Made by a program: the position numbers and the translations under genes | Source: a virus | Strand: one strand, 5' to 3' | Virus record (IMG/VR): IMGVR_UViG_3300021400_000097 | DNA: 58,464 bases | Notes under the pieces: generated by a model | What the model was told of the DNA's origin: nothing | Seen by the model: the letters and a program-made list of their open reading frames with translations, nothing else | Database searches by the model: none | Shown here: positions 44,731-53,180 of the stretch, in pieces | How the letters are laid out: each line of letters starts with the position of its first letter | Position numbering within the stretch: the stretch's first letter is position 1

Positions 44731-45981
44731 TTAGCCCTCAGGCACTGTGTCCTCAGTAGGAGCTACGCTGTTTTCGTACTCGTACTTAGTCCAGTACATA
44801 CGCTCGTTACCGTTGGCATCAGCTGGCACCTCTTTCTCCACGAAACCACGCACCTGAATACACAGGATAGCGTCAATCTCAGTAAAGCAAGGAATCATAC
44901 GTGCTGATCCCTGGGTGTACTCAGCAGCTACCTGGTTGGTAGATTCACCTGTACGCCACTTAGCGATACGAATACCGTTACCAGCGTTCATGTAATCCAC
45001 GTTCTCCTCCTCCATCAGCTCACTATCCTCAATGGCTGGCTGGATCTCACCGATCTTACCAGCAGGCTTAATGGCGATAAAGTTGTGATCCCACGGATCC
45101 AGGGTGTTACGCTTGCCATCCTTATCAATGGCAAACTTACGTGTGACAACAGTCACCTCAGGGATCTTGTTCTCAGTCAGGAGAGCCTTGAACTCTGATT
45201 CAGTTACCACCTGAGCCTGTTTGTCTGAGCCATGAGCAAGCAGACGTGTGGTAGGATCCATCCTCAGCCAGAAATACAGATCCTGGCTCATCAGAATCTC
45301 ACCAGGCTCAATGCCACGGTTACGCAGATCTGCACAGATCATTGCAAGTACCAGGATAGGCACTACCTTACCAGCCTTAGTGTTGGCTGTAGTCCAGTTG
45401 AAAGCTGTCATCAGCTTGTTCTGCTCGGACATCAGGTAGTCGATCTCATACTGACGGCCTCCAGGGTTGTTGATTGATGGAGTGAACTGTACCACACCCC
45501 AGTGAGACATCACAGAGAGGATGATAAAGTCCATCACATCCTTACAGCCCAGGTAAGCATCCTGAACATCGTGCTTGAGCGTCTTTTCGATCTGCCTTAC
45601 CTTTGCGCTCTCAACGAGACGTGGGTTTTCGTAGATCTCCATGAGCTTACGGTAATCCCTTGCAGTCATTGGGAACTTGTGACCTACACGTGGAATATCG
45701 TTGCTCCAGATGTCGAAACCATCAGAACGCCTCAGAGGTGTAGGAGATTCGTCACCCAGCAGGGTAGCCATAAACCTCATACGGTACTTACCTACAACAG
45801 CCTCAGCTGTCAGGCTCATCTGTGGAGTGTTGAAATCAAACCACTCATCACAGTACATCTTCTGGAAAAGAGCTACCTCACGCTCAGAGGCCTTATCAAA
45901 GGTCTTTTTCCAGGTAGCCAGAAAATCAATGGGAGCACCCTCTTTGTGCAATCCCTTGAATGTTGAAAATATTGATCTCAT
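44731..45981 (-). CDS. Major capsid protein candidate (416 aa)
   Basis: Size and its position after the scaffold and decoration-position genes. Family not verified. Confidence 0.65.
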   Translation of the reverse strand: MRSIFSTFKGLHKEGAPIDFLATWKKTFDKASEREVALFQKMYCDEWFDFNTPQMSLTAEAVVGKYRMRFMATLLGDESPTPLRRSDGFDIWSNDIPRVGHKFPMTARDYRKLMEIYENPRLVESAKVRQIEKTLKHDVQDAYLGCKDVMDFIILSVMSHWGVVQFTPSINNPGGRQYEIDYLMSEQNKLMTAFNWTTANTKAGKVVPILVLAMICADLRNRGIEPGEILMSQDLYFWLRMDPTTRLLAHGSDKQAQVVTESEFKALLTENKIPEVTVVTRKFAIDKDGKRNTLDPWDHNFIAIKPAGKIGEIQPAIEDSELMEEENVDYMNAGNGIRIAKWRTGESTNQVAAEYTQGSARMIPCFTEIDAILCIQVRGFVEKEVPADANGNERMYWTKYEYENSVAPTEDTVPEG

Positions 45982-46000
45982 TTCCTAAATCTTTTAAGGG

Positions 46001-46642
46001 TTAGTAAGACTGGGAAAGTTTCACATGAGGATTACCAGCCAGAGCCATGCCAGAGGCATCTTTCTGAGAGGCTGGGATCTTCTGCACACGCCTCTCCAGG
46101 AGAGCGTATTGCATAGTGTCAGCGCACACGTCAATGGCGGTCTCGAACTCCTCAACCTCCACATCCTTGATGGTGACTGCCTTACCAGTAAACCTTTCAG
46201 CAGCGTTATGAGAGGCATCCTCGATAACCTCCTCCAGAGTGTTACCCACAGCAAGGCCAGAAATAGCCTTATCCAGGGTGATTACATACGTGCTCTTTGT
46301 CTTTGTGATGTTAGCGATCTGGGCAGCGTTAGCAAAGGTGCCAGAAATGGCATCTGCTTTGGCAACCTTATCGCCAATACAGAACACAGGAGCAAAGAAC
46401 TCGGCAACTTTCAGAGATACTTTCTTAGCATCGTCTGAATCAATGTCCACTACCTCAGCGGTTTTCAGGATCTGCACCTTTCTGGTCTGCTCATCAAAAG
46501 TGGCAACAGTACCAATAGGGATGATGTCACCCTTATTGAAATGCTGGTTTTCCACATCCAGATTGAAACCACCAGGAACAATGCTGGGAGATCCTGTAAA
46601 GACTGGGCGTGAGCCAGTGAAAGAATCTTTTGTACGTTTCAT
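46001..46642 (-). CDS. Head decoration / auxiliary capsid protein candidate (213 aa)
   Basis: Position between scaffold and capsid, analogous to lambda gpD. No motif proof. Confidence 0.45.
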   Translation of the reverse strand: MKRTKDSFTGSRPVFTGSPSIVPGGFNLDVENQHFNKGDIIPIGTVATFDEQTRKVQILKTAEVVDIDSDDAKKVSLKVAEFFAPVFCIGDKVAKADAISGTFANAAQIANITKTKSTYVITLDKAISGLAVGNTLEEVIEDASHNAAERFTGKAVTIKDVEVEEFETAIDVCADTMQYALLERRVQKIPASQKDASGMALAGNPHVKLSQSY

Positions 46643-46650
46643 TTTGCTTG

Positions 46651-47295
46651 TTATTTAGCGGTTATTGACTCCAGCAAGCTATCAGCAGCCTCATCAACTT
46701 GCTTTTCACTTGCCACCTTTTTACCCTCAATTTCCTCAGTTTCCAGTCCGTTAGTGATCAGTCCCTGTTTGAAATCCTTGATGGCTTGCTCTGCATCGTC
46801 ACCCTCAGCAATAGACTTTGCCAGAGTATCACGGAGATACTTGGGGATTTTGTGAGTTTCCATCAGGCTCTGGATAGTCTTTGTACGCTCTCCAGCAGCC
46901 TTTTCACCTTTCAGGGTTTTAAGCTCCTCAGCCTGATCCTCCATCTGTTTCTGCATCTTTTTCAAGAGCTTCATCATCGGATCCTTTTTCTTTTTAGGAT
47001 CTGAATCATCATCTGGATCATCGTCTGGATCATCATCCTCATCATCATCTGAATCGTTGTGATCCTTACGCTTTGGATTCTTTTTCTTGAAAGCATCTAC
47101 CCACCTGGAGGATTCGCCCTGGCTTTCCTTAGCCACATCAGCGATCAGGTTTGCAGCCGTTTCAATCGCTGCCTCATCAGTAGAATCATCCTCAACGCTG
47201 CCACCGAGTTTTTCGGTTATCGCTTTAAGGTACTTCTCTGAAAGTCCAGTGTCTTTGCACAGACTTTTCACCTTGTCAAAGAGTGTCTTGTTCAT
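46651..47295 (-). CDS. Scaffolding protein candidate (214 aa)
   Basis: Highly acidic and helical, with a poly-Asp tract (DSDDDEDDDPDDDPDDDSDPKKKK). First gene after the promoter at 47330. Confidence 0.6.
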   Translation of the reverse strand: MNKTLFDKVKSLCKDTGLSEKYLKAITEKLGGSVEDDSTDEAAIETAANLIADVAKESQGESSRWVDAFKKKNPKRKDHNDSDDDEDDDPDDDPDDDSDPKKKKDPMMKLLKKMQKQMEDQAEELKTLKGEKAAGERTKTIQSLMETHKIPKYLRDTLAKSIAEGDDAEQAIKDFKQGLITNGLETEEIEGKKVASEKQVDEAADSLLESITAK

Positions 47296-47329
47296 ACGTT
47301 ATAAAGTTGCATTATTTATTAAATCGGTG

Positions 47330-47370
47330 CAAATATAATAAAATTTTTCTGTATGTGTTTGTTGAACACA
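47330..47370 (-). promoter_or_regulatory. Promoter of the head-tail operon (TTTTATTATATTTGCA with -7 box TAtaTTTG) plus perfect palindrome TGTGTT-N5-AACACA (47354-47370)
   Basis: Minus strand reads TGTGTTcaacaAACACAtacagaaaaattttatTATATTTGcac. Confidence 0.55.
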
Positions 47371-47444
47371 GCACAAATTTACCACGTAAATTAGTTAAAA
47401 AAAGTTATAAATATATTCACCAGGTAAATTTTTAATGATTTTCC

Positions 47445-47495
47445 TTTGTTATTTCGGAAATAGTATGTACTTTTGCAATGTGTTTGACAGACACA
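47445..47495 (+). promoter_or_regulatory. Rightward promoter A of the accessory island
   Basis: TTTG (47445-48), inverted repeat TATTTC-G-GAAATA (47450-62), -7 box TActTTTG (47468-75), then palindrome TGTGTT-N5-gACACA (47479-95). Confidence 0.55.
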
Positions 47496-47503
47496 CCAAA
47501 ATA

Positions 47504-47914
47504 ATGCAACACCAATTAAATTTTCAGATTATGACACAGAAAGAGTTTTTTGATCGCACAGGTATTGAACTTACAGAGGATCAATACAAGCAGGTAGAGG
47601 CAATGTACCTGGAGGCTGGTAACATGGATAAGGATGAGTTCTGCAAGGATTACAAAAAGCACCATGAGAGCACGCTGCTTGCTACCTATTTCAGACAGGC
47701 TGAAAACCTGAAAAACAAGCTGGATGATATGAGAAACGAAAGATCCATCCTGGTTGATTTCCTCCTGGAGAGAGCACAGTGCTTTGGTGATATTGAGCTG
47801 CTTAACAAAGCTATTGAGCTGGTAGGGCATGATAAGGTGATTAAACGTAAGATCAGACTGGGTATGCCACTGTGGGATGAGGATAAGGAATATATTGTAG
47901 AAAACATTAAATAA
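47504..47914 (+). CDS. Hypothetical protein
   Basis: The track ORF starts at 47435, inside the promoter. Plausible ATG starts are 47504 (MQHQLNF) and 47531 (MTQKEFF). Confidence 0.55.
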   Translation: MQHQLNFQIMTQKEFFDRTGIELTEDQYKQVEAMYLEAGNMDKDEFCKDYKKHHESTLLATYFRQAENLKNKLDDMRNERSILVDFLLERAQCFGDIELLNKAIELVGHDKVIKRKIRLGMPLWDEDKEYIVENIK

Positions 47915-47927
47915 GGAGGATCAAGTT

Positions 47928-48320
47928 ATGGCAAAGGCAGTATTAGAGTATTCTAAGGAGCAAAAGGAATACATCAGCGCAATGCGTAAGGCTATCGAGC
48001 AATCTAAGGAGCTGAAAAAGTCCACTGGCTGGGTGGTAGCTGGTTTCGGAGGTGAGACTTACTACTGTTACGTTGGTGAGGGCAATGGCTACCAGGGTAG
48101 CTGTTTCTATCCAATGACAAACAGGGCTGTGGTATTCGACACAGAGAAAGAGGCTCAGGATCACTGTTACACAGGTTTCCGCAATGGCAACGGCAAAGGT
48201 GATCTCCTGAAACTTTACCCAGTAAAGGCATCCGATTACTTTGCAAAGGTAGAGGATGATCTGGAGAGACAGCTGGGATGGGCAATGGATATGTGGAACA
48301 AACAAGTAGGGAGGATGTGA
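47928..48320 (+). CDS. Hypothetical protein (130 aa)
   Basis: ATG preceded by aaggagga (Shine-Dalgarno-like). Confidence 0.55.
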   Translation: MAKAVLEYSKEQKEYISAMRKAIEQSKELKKSTGWVVAGFGGETYYCYVGEGNGYQGSCFYPMTNRAVVFDTEKEAQDHCYTGFRNGNGKGDLLKLYPVKASDYFAKVEDDLERQLGWAMDMWNKQVGRM

Positions 48321-48321
48321 T

Positions 48322-48483
48322 ATGGCAAAGATCGAGATCCACAAAGTTAAGAGGTATGGAGAAACCTGGCTGGTTGGCATAGATCCTGTAACGAGAAACA
48401 GCGTTTTCAGGGCTAAGACAGAAAAGCTGGTTAAAATCAGAGCCAGGATCCACGGCTACACAGAGATAGAGAATAAATACTAA
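48322..48483 (+). CDS. Small hypothetical protein (53 aa), absent from the ORF track
   Basis: ATG at 48322, 1 nt after the upstream stop. Manual translation MAKIEIHKVKRYGETWLVGIDPVTRNSVFRAKTEKLVKIRARIHGYTEIENKY. It fills an otherwise empty 184-nt gap. Confidence 0.45.
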   Translation: MAKIEIHKVKRYGETWLVGIDPVTRNSVFRAKTEKLVKIRARIHGYTEIENKY

Positions 48484-48504
48484 CCCATTAAATGCAACAC
48501 TGAT

Positions 48505-48759
48505 ATGGCAAACGGAATTATTACATTGAGAGTGCTCCAGCAGGACACTGAGGATCAGATTAGGATCGGAGCTGGTTTCCCAGCATTGGAGGGAAACATT
48601 GATAAGGTGGTAGAGAATACCATCAAACAGTATGGTAAGGAAATGGAATGGTGTGGAGGTTTTCAGGAGGGATGCAAGCGTTACTACAAACGTATTGCCC
48701 TGGTGAATGCTGACACCCTCCAGAGTGTAAGAGAGATCTATCCAGGAAAGGAGGCATAA
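48505..48759 (+). CDS. Hypothetical protein (84 aa)
   Basis: ATG-started ORF, tightly packed. Confidence 0.5.
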   Translation: MANGIITLRVLQQDTEDQIRIGAGFPALEGNIDKVVENTIKQYGKEMEWCGGFQEGCKRYYKRIALVNADTLQSVREIYPGKEA

Positions 48760-48760
48760 C

Positions 48761-48976
48761 ATGGCACAGAAAGCACTACTGTTAGACGTGATGCTGAGTG
48801 ATGGCACTTTCTTATGCCAGCTCAGATACACAGGCACACCGTTTCCGATGATCATTGATGGTAAGATGGTACCCACATACGATCACGGAGATCTGAGAAA
48901 GTTTGCCCTGGAGAAACGCCCCTCTCTGGCAAACAAGAAATTCGATGTTATACCAACTAACCAAAGAGTATATTAA
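48761..48976 (+). CDS. Hypothetical protein (71 aa)
   Basis: ATG-started ORF, 1 nt after the upstream stop. Confidence 0.5.
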   Translation: MAQKALLLDVMLSDGTFLCQLRYTGTPFPMIIDGKMVPTYDHGDLRKFALEKRPSLANKKFDVIPTNQRVY

Positions 48977-48979
48977 GCT

Positions 48980-50512
48980 ATGAGCAATATTTTCGATACA
49001 GAGTATTTTCCAACACCCAGGGAGGTGATCTCACAGATGATCGCCCCCTACAGGAAAGAAATAAGTAAGAGGCAGATCCTGGAGCCCAGTGCTGGTACTG
49101 GCTCCATCCTGGATTACCTGGCAGAGAGTTACGGCTATAAGGCTCCTAAGGCAAATATGTACGCCTGTGAGATCAATCCAGAGCTGGTGATGGTACTACA
49201 GGGCAAAGGCTATAAGATCCTGGCTGATGATTTCCTCTCCTACAAGCCCTCACACACCTTTGATCTTATTGTTATGAATCCACCGTTTAGCAATGGTGAT
49301 GAGCACCTGTTACACGCCTGGGATATACTGTGGACTGGTGATGTGGTCTGCCTCCTGAATGCTGAGACGATCCGCAACCCATACACCCAGAGGAGAAAGC
49401 TCCTGGCACAGATCATCCAGGAGCACGGATCTGTGGATTACCTGGGTAAATGTTTCAGAGGTGCCAGCAGACAGACAAACGTGGAGGTAGCTATGGTGAG
49501 ACTGCACAAAGAGGTGGAGGATCAGCGTTGGCACATAGACTTTGGGGATGGTGCAAAGGTAGAGGGTGTGCCTGATTTCAAAGAGGCTGTTTCCTCTGGA
49601 TCTGAGATCGCTGTGGTGGATAAGCTGGGAGATTACCTACACGCCTGGGATAAGGCAAAGGAGGCTGCTGTGGAGTTCATCAAGGCACGTAAAAAGCTGG
49701 ATTTCTATGTTACTGCTTTCATGGGTACTGAGGATGTGAGCAAGCTGGTAGGAGAGCAAATGAGAGAAATGCAAGGATCTGGTAATGATATGCAATCGGC
49801 TTACAATGCTTTTCTGAATGCTGCTAAGTCCAGAGCCTGGAAAGAGATCATTGCTAACCTGGGTATGGATAAGTACATGACAGCCAACCTGAGAAAGACG
49901 TTTGATCAGTTCTGCGAGGCTCAGGGTGCCTATGAGCTTAACAGGGATAATATATACAAGCTGATCCAGTTTGTATGCCTCAATAGCCAGAATATCCTGA
50001 AAAAGGCTGTGGTGGATGTGTATGATATGTTCACCAGGTTTCATAAGGATAACACTGAGCTCACTGAGGGATGGAAAACAAACAGCCAGTTCAAGGCAAA
50101 CAAAAAGATCATTCTGCCCTACTTTGTTTCCTCTGACTGGAGTAGCACTTTCAGAGCTGACTGGAATAGGTACAATGAGTACAGGGATATTGATAAGGTG
50201 ATGTGTTTCCTCTCTGGGCTATCCTATGACAGCCTAAACAGCCTCTCAGAGCAAGGTAAGGCTAAGATGAGCCAGATGGGTAGCTACAACTTTAGCAGGG
50301 AGGCTACAGCGGAGGATTACACCAACCTGAGCCTGGAAAAGGCTATCTCCTTTGTCAGGGTAGGTGATTCCAGCCTCCATGAGAGTGCTTTCTTCAATTT
50401 CAGGTGCTATAAGAAAGGTACCTTGCATATCATATTCAAGAGCGAGGATCTTTGGGCACGCTTTAACCTGGCTGTGAATGAGGGAAAGAAAGAGCTGGGA
50501 TTTACTAAGTAG
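48980..50512 (+). CDS. N6-adenine DNA methyltransferase with a C-terminal DUF4942-like extension
   Basis: 510 aa. Motif I is ILEPSAGTGSILDYL. Motif IV is VMNPPFSNG (NPPF). Confidence 0.8.
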   Translation: MSNIFDTEYFPTPREVISQMIAPYRKEISKRQILEPSAGTGSILDYLAESYGYKAPKANMYACEINPELVMVLQGKGYKILADDFLSYKPSHTFDLIVMNPPFSNGDEHLLHAWDILWTGDVVCLLNAETIRNPYTQRRKLLAQIIQEHGSVDYLGKCFRGASRQTNVEVAMVRLHKEVEDQRWHIDFGDGAKVEGVPDFKEAVSSGSEIAVVDKLGDYLHAWDKAKEAAVEFIKARKKLDFYVTAFMGTEDVSKLVGEQMREMQGSGNDMQSAYNAFLNAAKSRAWKEIIANLGMDKYMTANLRKTFDQFCEAQGAYELNRDNIYKLIQFVCLNSQNILKKAVVDVYDMFTRFHKDNTELTEGWKTNSQFKANKKIILPYFVSSDWSSTFRADWNRYNEYRDIDKVMCFLSGLSYDSLNSLSEQGKAKMSQMGSYNFSREATAEDYTNLSLEKAISFVRVGDSSLHESAFFNFRCYKKGTLHIIFKSEDLWARFNLAVNEGKKELGFTK

Positions 50513-50517
50513 AGCGT

Positions 50518-50721
50518 ATGGCAAAGAAACCTAAATGTAAAGAATGCCCACACTGGCAGTACACTAAGACGCTTGGATCTCCAGACGTTCCAGAGTGGCA
50601 CTGTCGGTTTGGGTTTTCACCCTCTGAGAGCTGCCAGGAAATGGCAAAGGACAATATCAAGTGCATCAGGGAATACTACAAAAGACACCCTGAGGAGTTA
50701 CAACTAAAAATAAGATTCTGA
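50518..50721 (+). CDS. Small Cys-containing protein (67 aa)
   Basis: Contains CKECPHW...HCRF...C. ATG-started. Confidence 0.45.
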   Translation: MAKKPKCKECPHWQYTKTLGSPDVPEWHCRFGFSPSESCQEMAKDNIKCIREYYKRHPEELQLKIRF

Positions 50722-50722
50722 T

Positions 50723-50986
50723 ATGATCATTAAAAAGCCAAAATACAAACTACAATCCAGGTGTGCTAAGTTACGCTGGGATGATGTGCGTGGTTACTGG
50801 TGGTGCTGCCAAACCTCTGTATGCTATAAGCACTCAGATCAGTGCCCTCTGGTTGAGGGTACTGCCAGGGAGGTGCAAAAGGGATCCGTACTACTAAGGA
50901 ACATCCAGCCAGCCAGTATCAGGAATGGAGTAGAGAAATGGATCAACGATCATAAGAGTAACAAGCAATTATCATTAAACTTTTGA
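50723..50986 (+). CDS. Small Cys-rich protein (87 aa)
   Basis: ATG start 1 nt after the upstream stop. Confidence 0.45.
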   Translation: MIIKKPKYKLQSRCAKLRWDDVRGYWWCCQTSVCYKHSDQCPLVEGTAREVQKGSVLLRNIQPASIRNGVEKWINDHKSNKQLSLNF

Positions 50987-50989
50987 GAT

Positions 50990-51289
50990 ATGCCGATAAG
51001 ACCAGAAAACAAAGCCAGGTACCCTAAGAACTGGCAGGAGATCAGGGCTGCAATCCTGGAGAGAGCTGGCAACTGCTGTGAGTTCTGTGGTGTGCGCAAT
51101 CATACCTACAGGCAGAATGCCCAGGGTAAGACGGTTAGGGTGGTGCTTACTATAGCTCACCTGGATCATACTCCAGAGCACTGTGATCCATCCAATCTGA
51201 GAGCACTGTGCCAGAAATGCCACAATGCCTATGACGCTCCACACAGAGCTGAGACACGAAAGAAAACAAAGTTAAATCAAAATCAGTAA
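50990..51289 (+). CDS. HNH endonuclease
   Basis: 99 aa. CEFCGVRNH...IAHLDHTPEHCDPSNLRALCQKCHNAYD (the HNH beta-beta-alpha-metal pattern). Confidence 0.75.
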   Translation: MPIRPENKARYPKNWQEIRAAILERAGNCCEFCGVRNHTYRQNAQGKTVRVVLTIAHLDHTPEHCDPSNLRALCQKCHNAYDAPHRAETRKKTKLNQNQ

Positions 51290-51293
51290 TAAT

Positions 51294-51743
51294 ATGACAA
51301 CATTCTGTAGGGGTGAAAAATGCCCAGTTAGAAAACAATGCTCCAGGTACACTATAGGCCTGGATGAGAAACGTAACGGATCTGATGATCGGTACATACT
51401 CCAGTGTAGGAACCAGAGGATGTTTACCAATGAGGATCTTACACCAGCTGGAGGTATAACTGGTATATCCCAGAAAACTGCTGATGATCTGGCAAAGGCT
51501 TTTGCCGATTTAGGCAAATCAATGGCTCCACTGGCAGAGAATCTGAATAAGTTTGTGACTAATGTACTGGTTAATCGGTATGGGGAATTGACACGTCAAT
51601 TTCTGGAGGCAAAATACAAGTCTCTTACAAAATCCATATTCACAAGGTGGTGGTGGAAAAGGAAAGCTGACAAACTTTCTGAGCAAGTTGATAAGCTGGG
51701 TGAATTGATTGATCAACACATAGAAAAAGGAGGTGACAAATGA
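51294..51743 (+). CDS. Hypothetical protein (149 aa)
   Basis: ATG-started. Cys cluster at the N-terminus. Confidence 0.5.
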   Translation: MTTFCRGEKCPVRKQCSRYTIGLDEKRNGSDDRYILQCRNQRMFTNEDLTPAGGITGISQKTADDLAKAFADLGKSMAPLAENLNKFVTNVLVNRYGELTRQFLEAKYKSLTKSIFTRWWWKRKADKLSEQVDKLGELIDQHIEKGGDK

Positions 51744-52087
51744 AAGCCGTATTACGTCTGTGTGTTGTTCTGGAGGATAAGCAACCTACCCAGGTTGTTA
51801 TGATAGATGATCCAGGGCTGAAAGAGGATGATATGCTGCTGGTGCGAAAGGCAATAAACTCCTTTTCTGCTAAGCTGGATAAGATCCAGGGTGTGGATGA
51901 TCCCAGGTGTAAAGACTGCAAGCACTGGGGAAAGGGCAAAGCCTCAATCAATGCCTGGAGAGAATCAACAGTATGCTTTCTGAAACGTAAGAAGATCCTA
52001 CATCCCAGGTTTAAGGATCAGGTGATCTATTACGCTAAATCCAGGATGAGTAAGCCTTGCAATAGCTTTGACAGAAAGGATGATTAG
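51740..52087 (+). CDS. Hypothetical protein (115 aa)
   Basis: ATGA overlap with the upstream gene. Confidence 0.5.
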   Translation: MKAVLRLCVVLEDKQPTQVVMIDDPGLKEDDMLLVRKAINSFSAKLDKIQGVDDPRCKDCKHWGKGKASINAWRESTVCFLKRKKILHPRFKDQVIYYAKSRMSKPCNSFDRKDD

Positions 52088-52089
52088 CT

Positions 52090-52479
52090 ATGGAGTACAT
52101 CTATCACAATATGAATCCATTTGGCAAACACGTTAGGGATTGTGTTTACAGGGCTGTTGCTCATTTCTTCAATGAGCCCTGGAGGGTTGCTGTGATTCGT
52201 GTAGTACGGAATGCTATGGCCTCTGGTAATGTGAATTTCAACTATACTACAAACATAGTTGATTTTATGAAAAACCAGGGATATAAACGCCTGAAAGCAC
52301 CACACAAAGGTATTACTGTTAGGGAGTTTGGCAGACAGGCGAAACAAAATGAGGTATATATGATCCATGTAACCAAACCTCAGCACCTGACGATCATAGA
52401 TGATGGTAATCTTATTGATATTTGGGATTGTAGAGACTGTGTTATGGATTATTATTTCAAGAAAGAAAAGGAGGTGTAA
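52090..52479 (+). CDS. Hypothetical protein (129 aa), possibly papain-fold
   Basis: The Cys (RDCVYRAV) ... His (QHLTIID) ... Asp spacing is reminiscent of cysteine peptidase folds. Weak impression only. Confidence 0.45.
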   Translation: MEYIYHNMNPFGKHVRDCVYRAVAHFFNEPWRVAVIRVVRNAMASGNVNFNYTTNIVDFMKNQGYKRLKAPHKGITVREFGRQAKQNEVYMIHVTKPQHLTIIDDGNLIDIWDCRDCVMDYYFKKEKEV

Positions 52480-52481
52480 CT

Positions 52482-52865
52482 ATGCTTGCAAGGCAATACA
52501 AGAAAGTACACAGGGATAAGATCCAGCTCTTTGCTGAGATCATAGCCACTGAGAGCAAAGTGCCTGTAGAAAAGATCACTAAGGCTCTGGAGGATTTCTT
52601 TGCTGAATCAAGTGAGGATGAGGTAACAGTGGGCTACATTGTTGAGCTGGAGGAGCCTTTCAGTCTGGAGGAGCTGGAGGCTCAATTAGAGAGGTTGAGA
52701 TACTATGATGTCCGTGTTAGTGATAACCCACACCTGGATCTGAGACAATACAGCCGTGAATCCTGGCACACTCACCACAAAGAGGGTAAGCCCTGTAAGG
52801 CAAAGATCAAGCAACCTTTCTGGCACAGGATCAGGAGCTTTTGCGTAAGAAAACGCTACCACTGA
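52482..52865 (+). CDS. Hypothetical protein (127 aa)
   Basis: ATG-started ORF, 2 nt after the upstream stop. Confidence 0.5.
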   Translation: MLARQYKKVHRDKIQLFAEIIATESKVPVEKITKALEDFFAESSEDEVTVGYIVELEEPFSLEELEAQLERLRYYDVRVSDNPHLDLRQYSRESWHTHHKEGKPCKAKIKQPFWHRIRSFCVRKRYH

Positions 52866-52905
52866 GGCATAAACCTGGTAAATTTTGCATTTTCTTTGCA
52901 AAAAC

Positions 52906-52952
52906 TTTGGTATTTCGGAAATAATTTAGTAATTTTGCGTTCAAGAAACACA
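52906..52952 (+). promoter_or_regulatory. Rightward promoter B, a near-duplicate of promoter A
   Basis: TTTG (52906-09), TATTTC-G-GAAATA (52911-23), -7 box TAatTTTG (52930-37), then palindrome TGcGTT-N5-AACACA (52936-52). Confidence 0.55.
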
Positions 52953-52955
52953 GAT

Positions 52956-53180
52956 ATGAGACAGAATAATGTAATTCACGTGCTGCTGGATGAGCCCTAC
53001 CAGGGCAAAAAGAACTGGTACTTTGGATCAGTGGCAGCTATATATGATAAGATCCCCAAAGAGGTGATCGGAGCTGGTAAGGAATGGCTCTGGCAGTGCC
53101 TGGCTAAGAAAGATGAGCACCGTACCAGGAAAGCCACTATAAGACGTGCTAATGTAATAACTAAAAAGCAGAAAAGATGA
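52956..53180 (+). CDS. Hypothetical protein (74 aa)
   Basis: The track start at 52896 is TTG, inside the promoter. The ATG at 52956 gives MRQNNVIHVLL. Confidence 0.5.
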   Translation: MRQNNVIHVLLDEPYQGKKNWYFGSVAAIYDKIPKEVIGAGKEWLWQCLAKKDEHRTRKATIRRANVITKKQKR

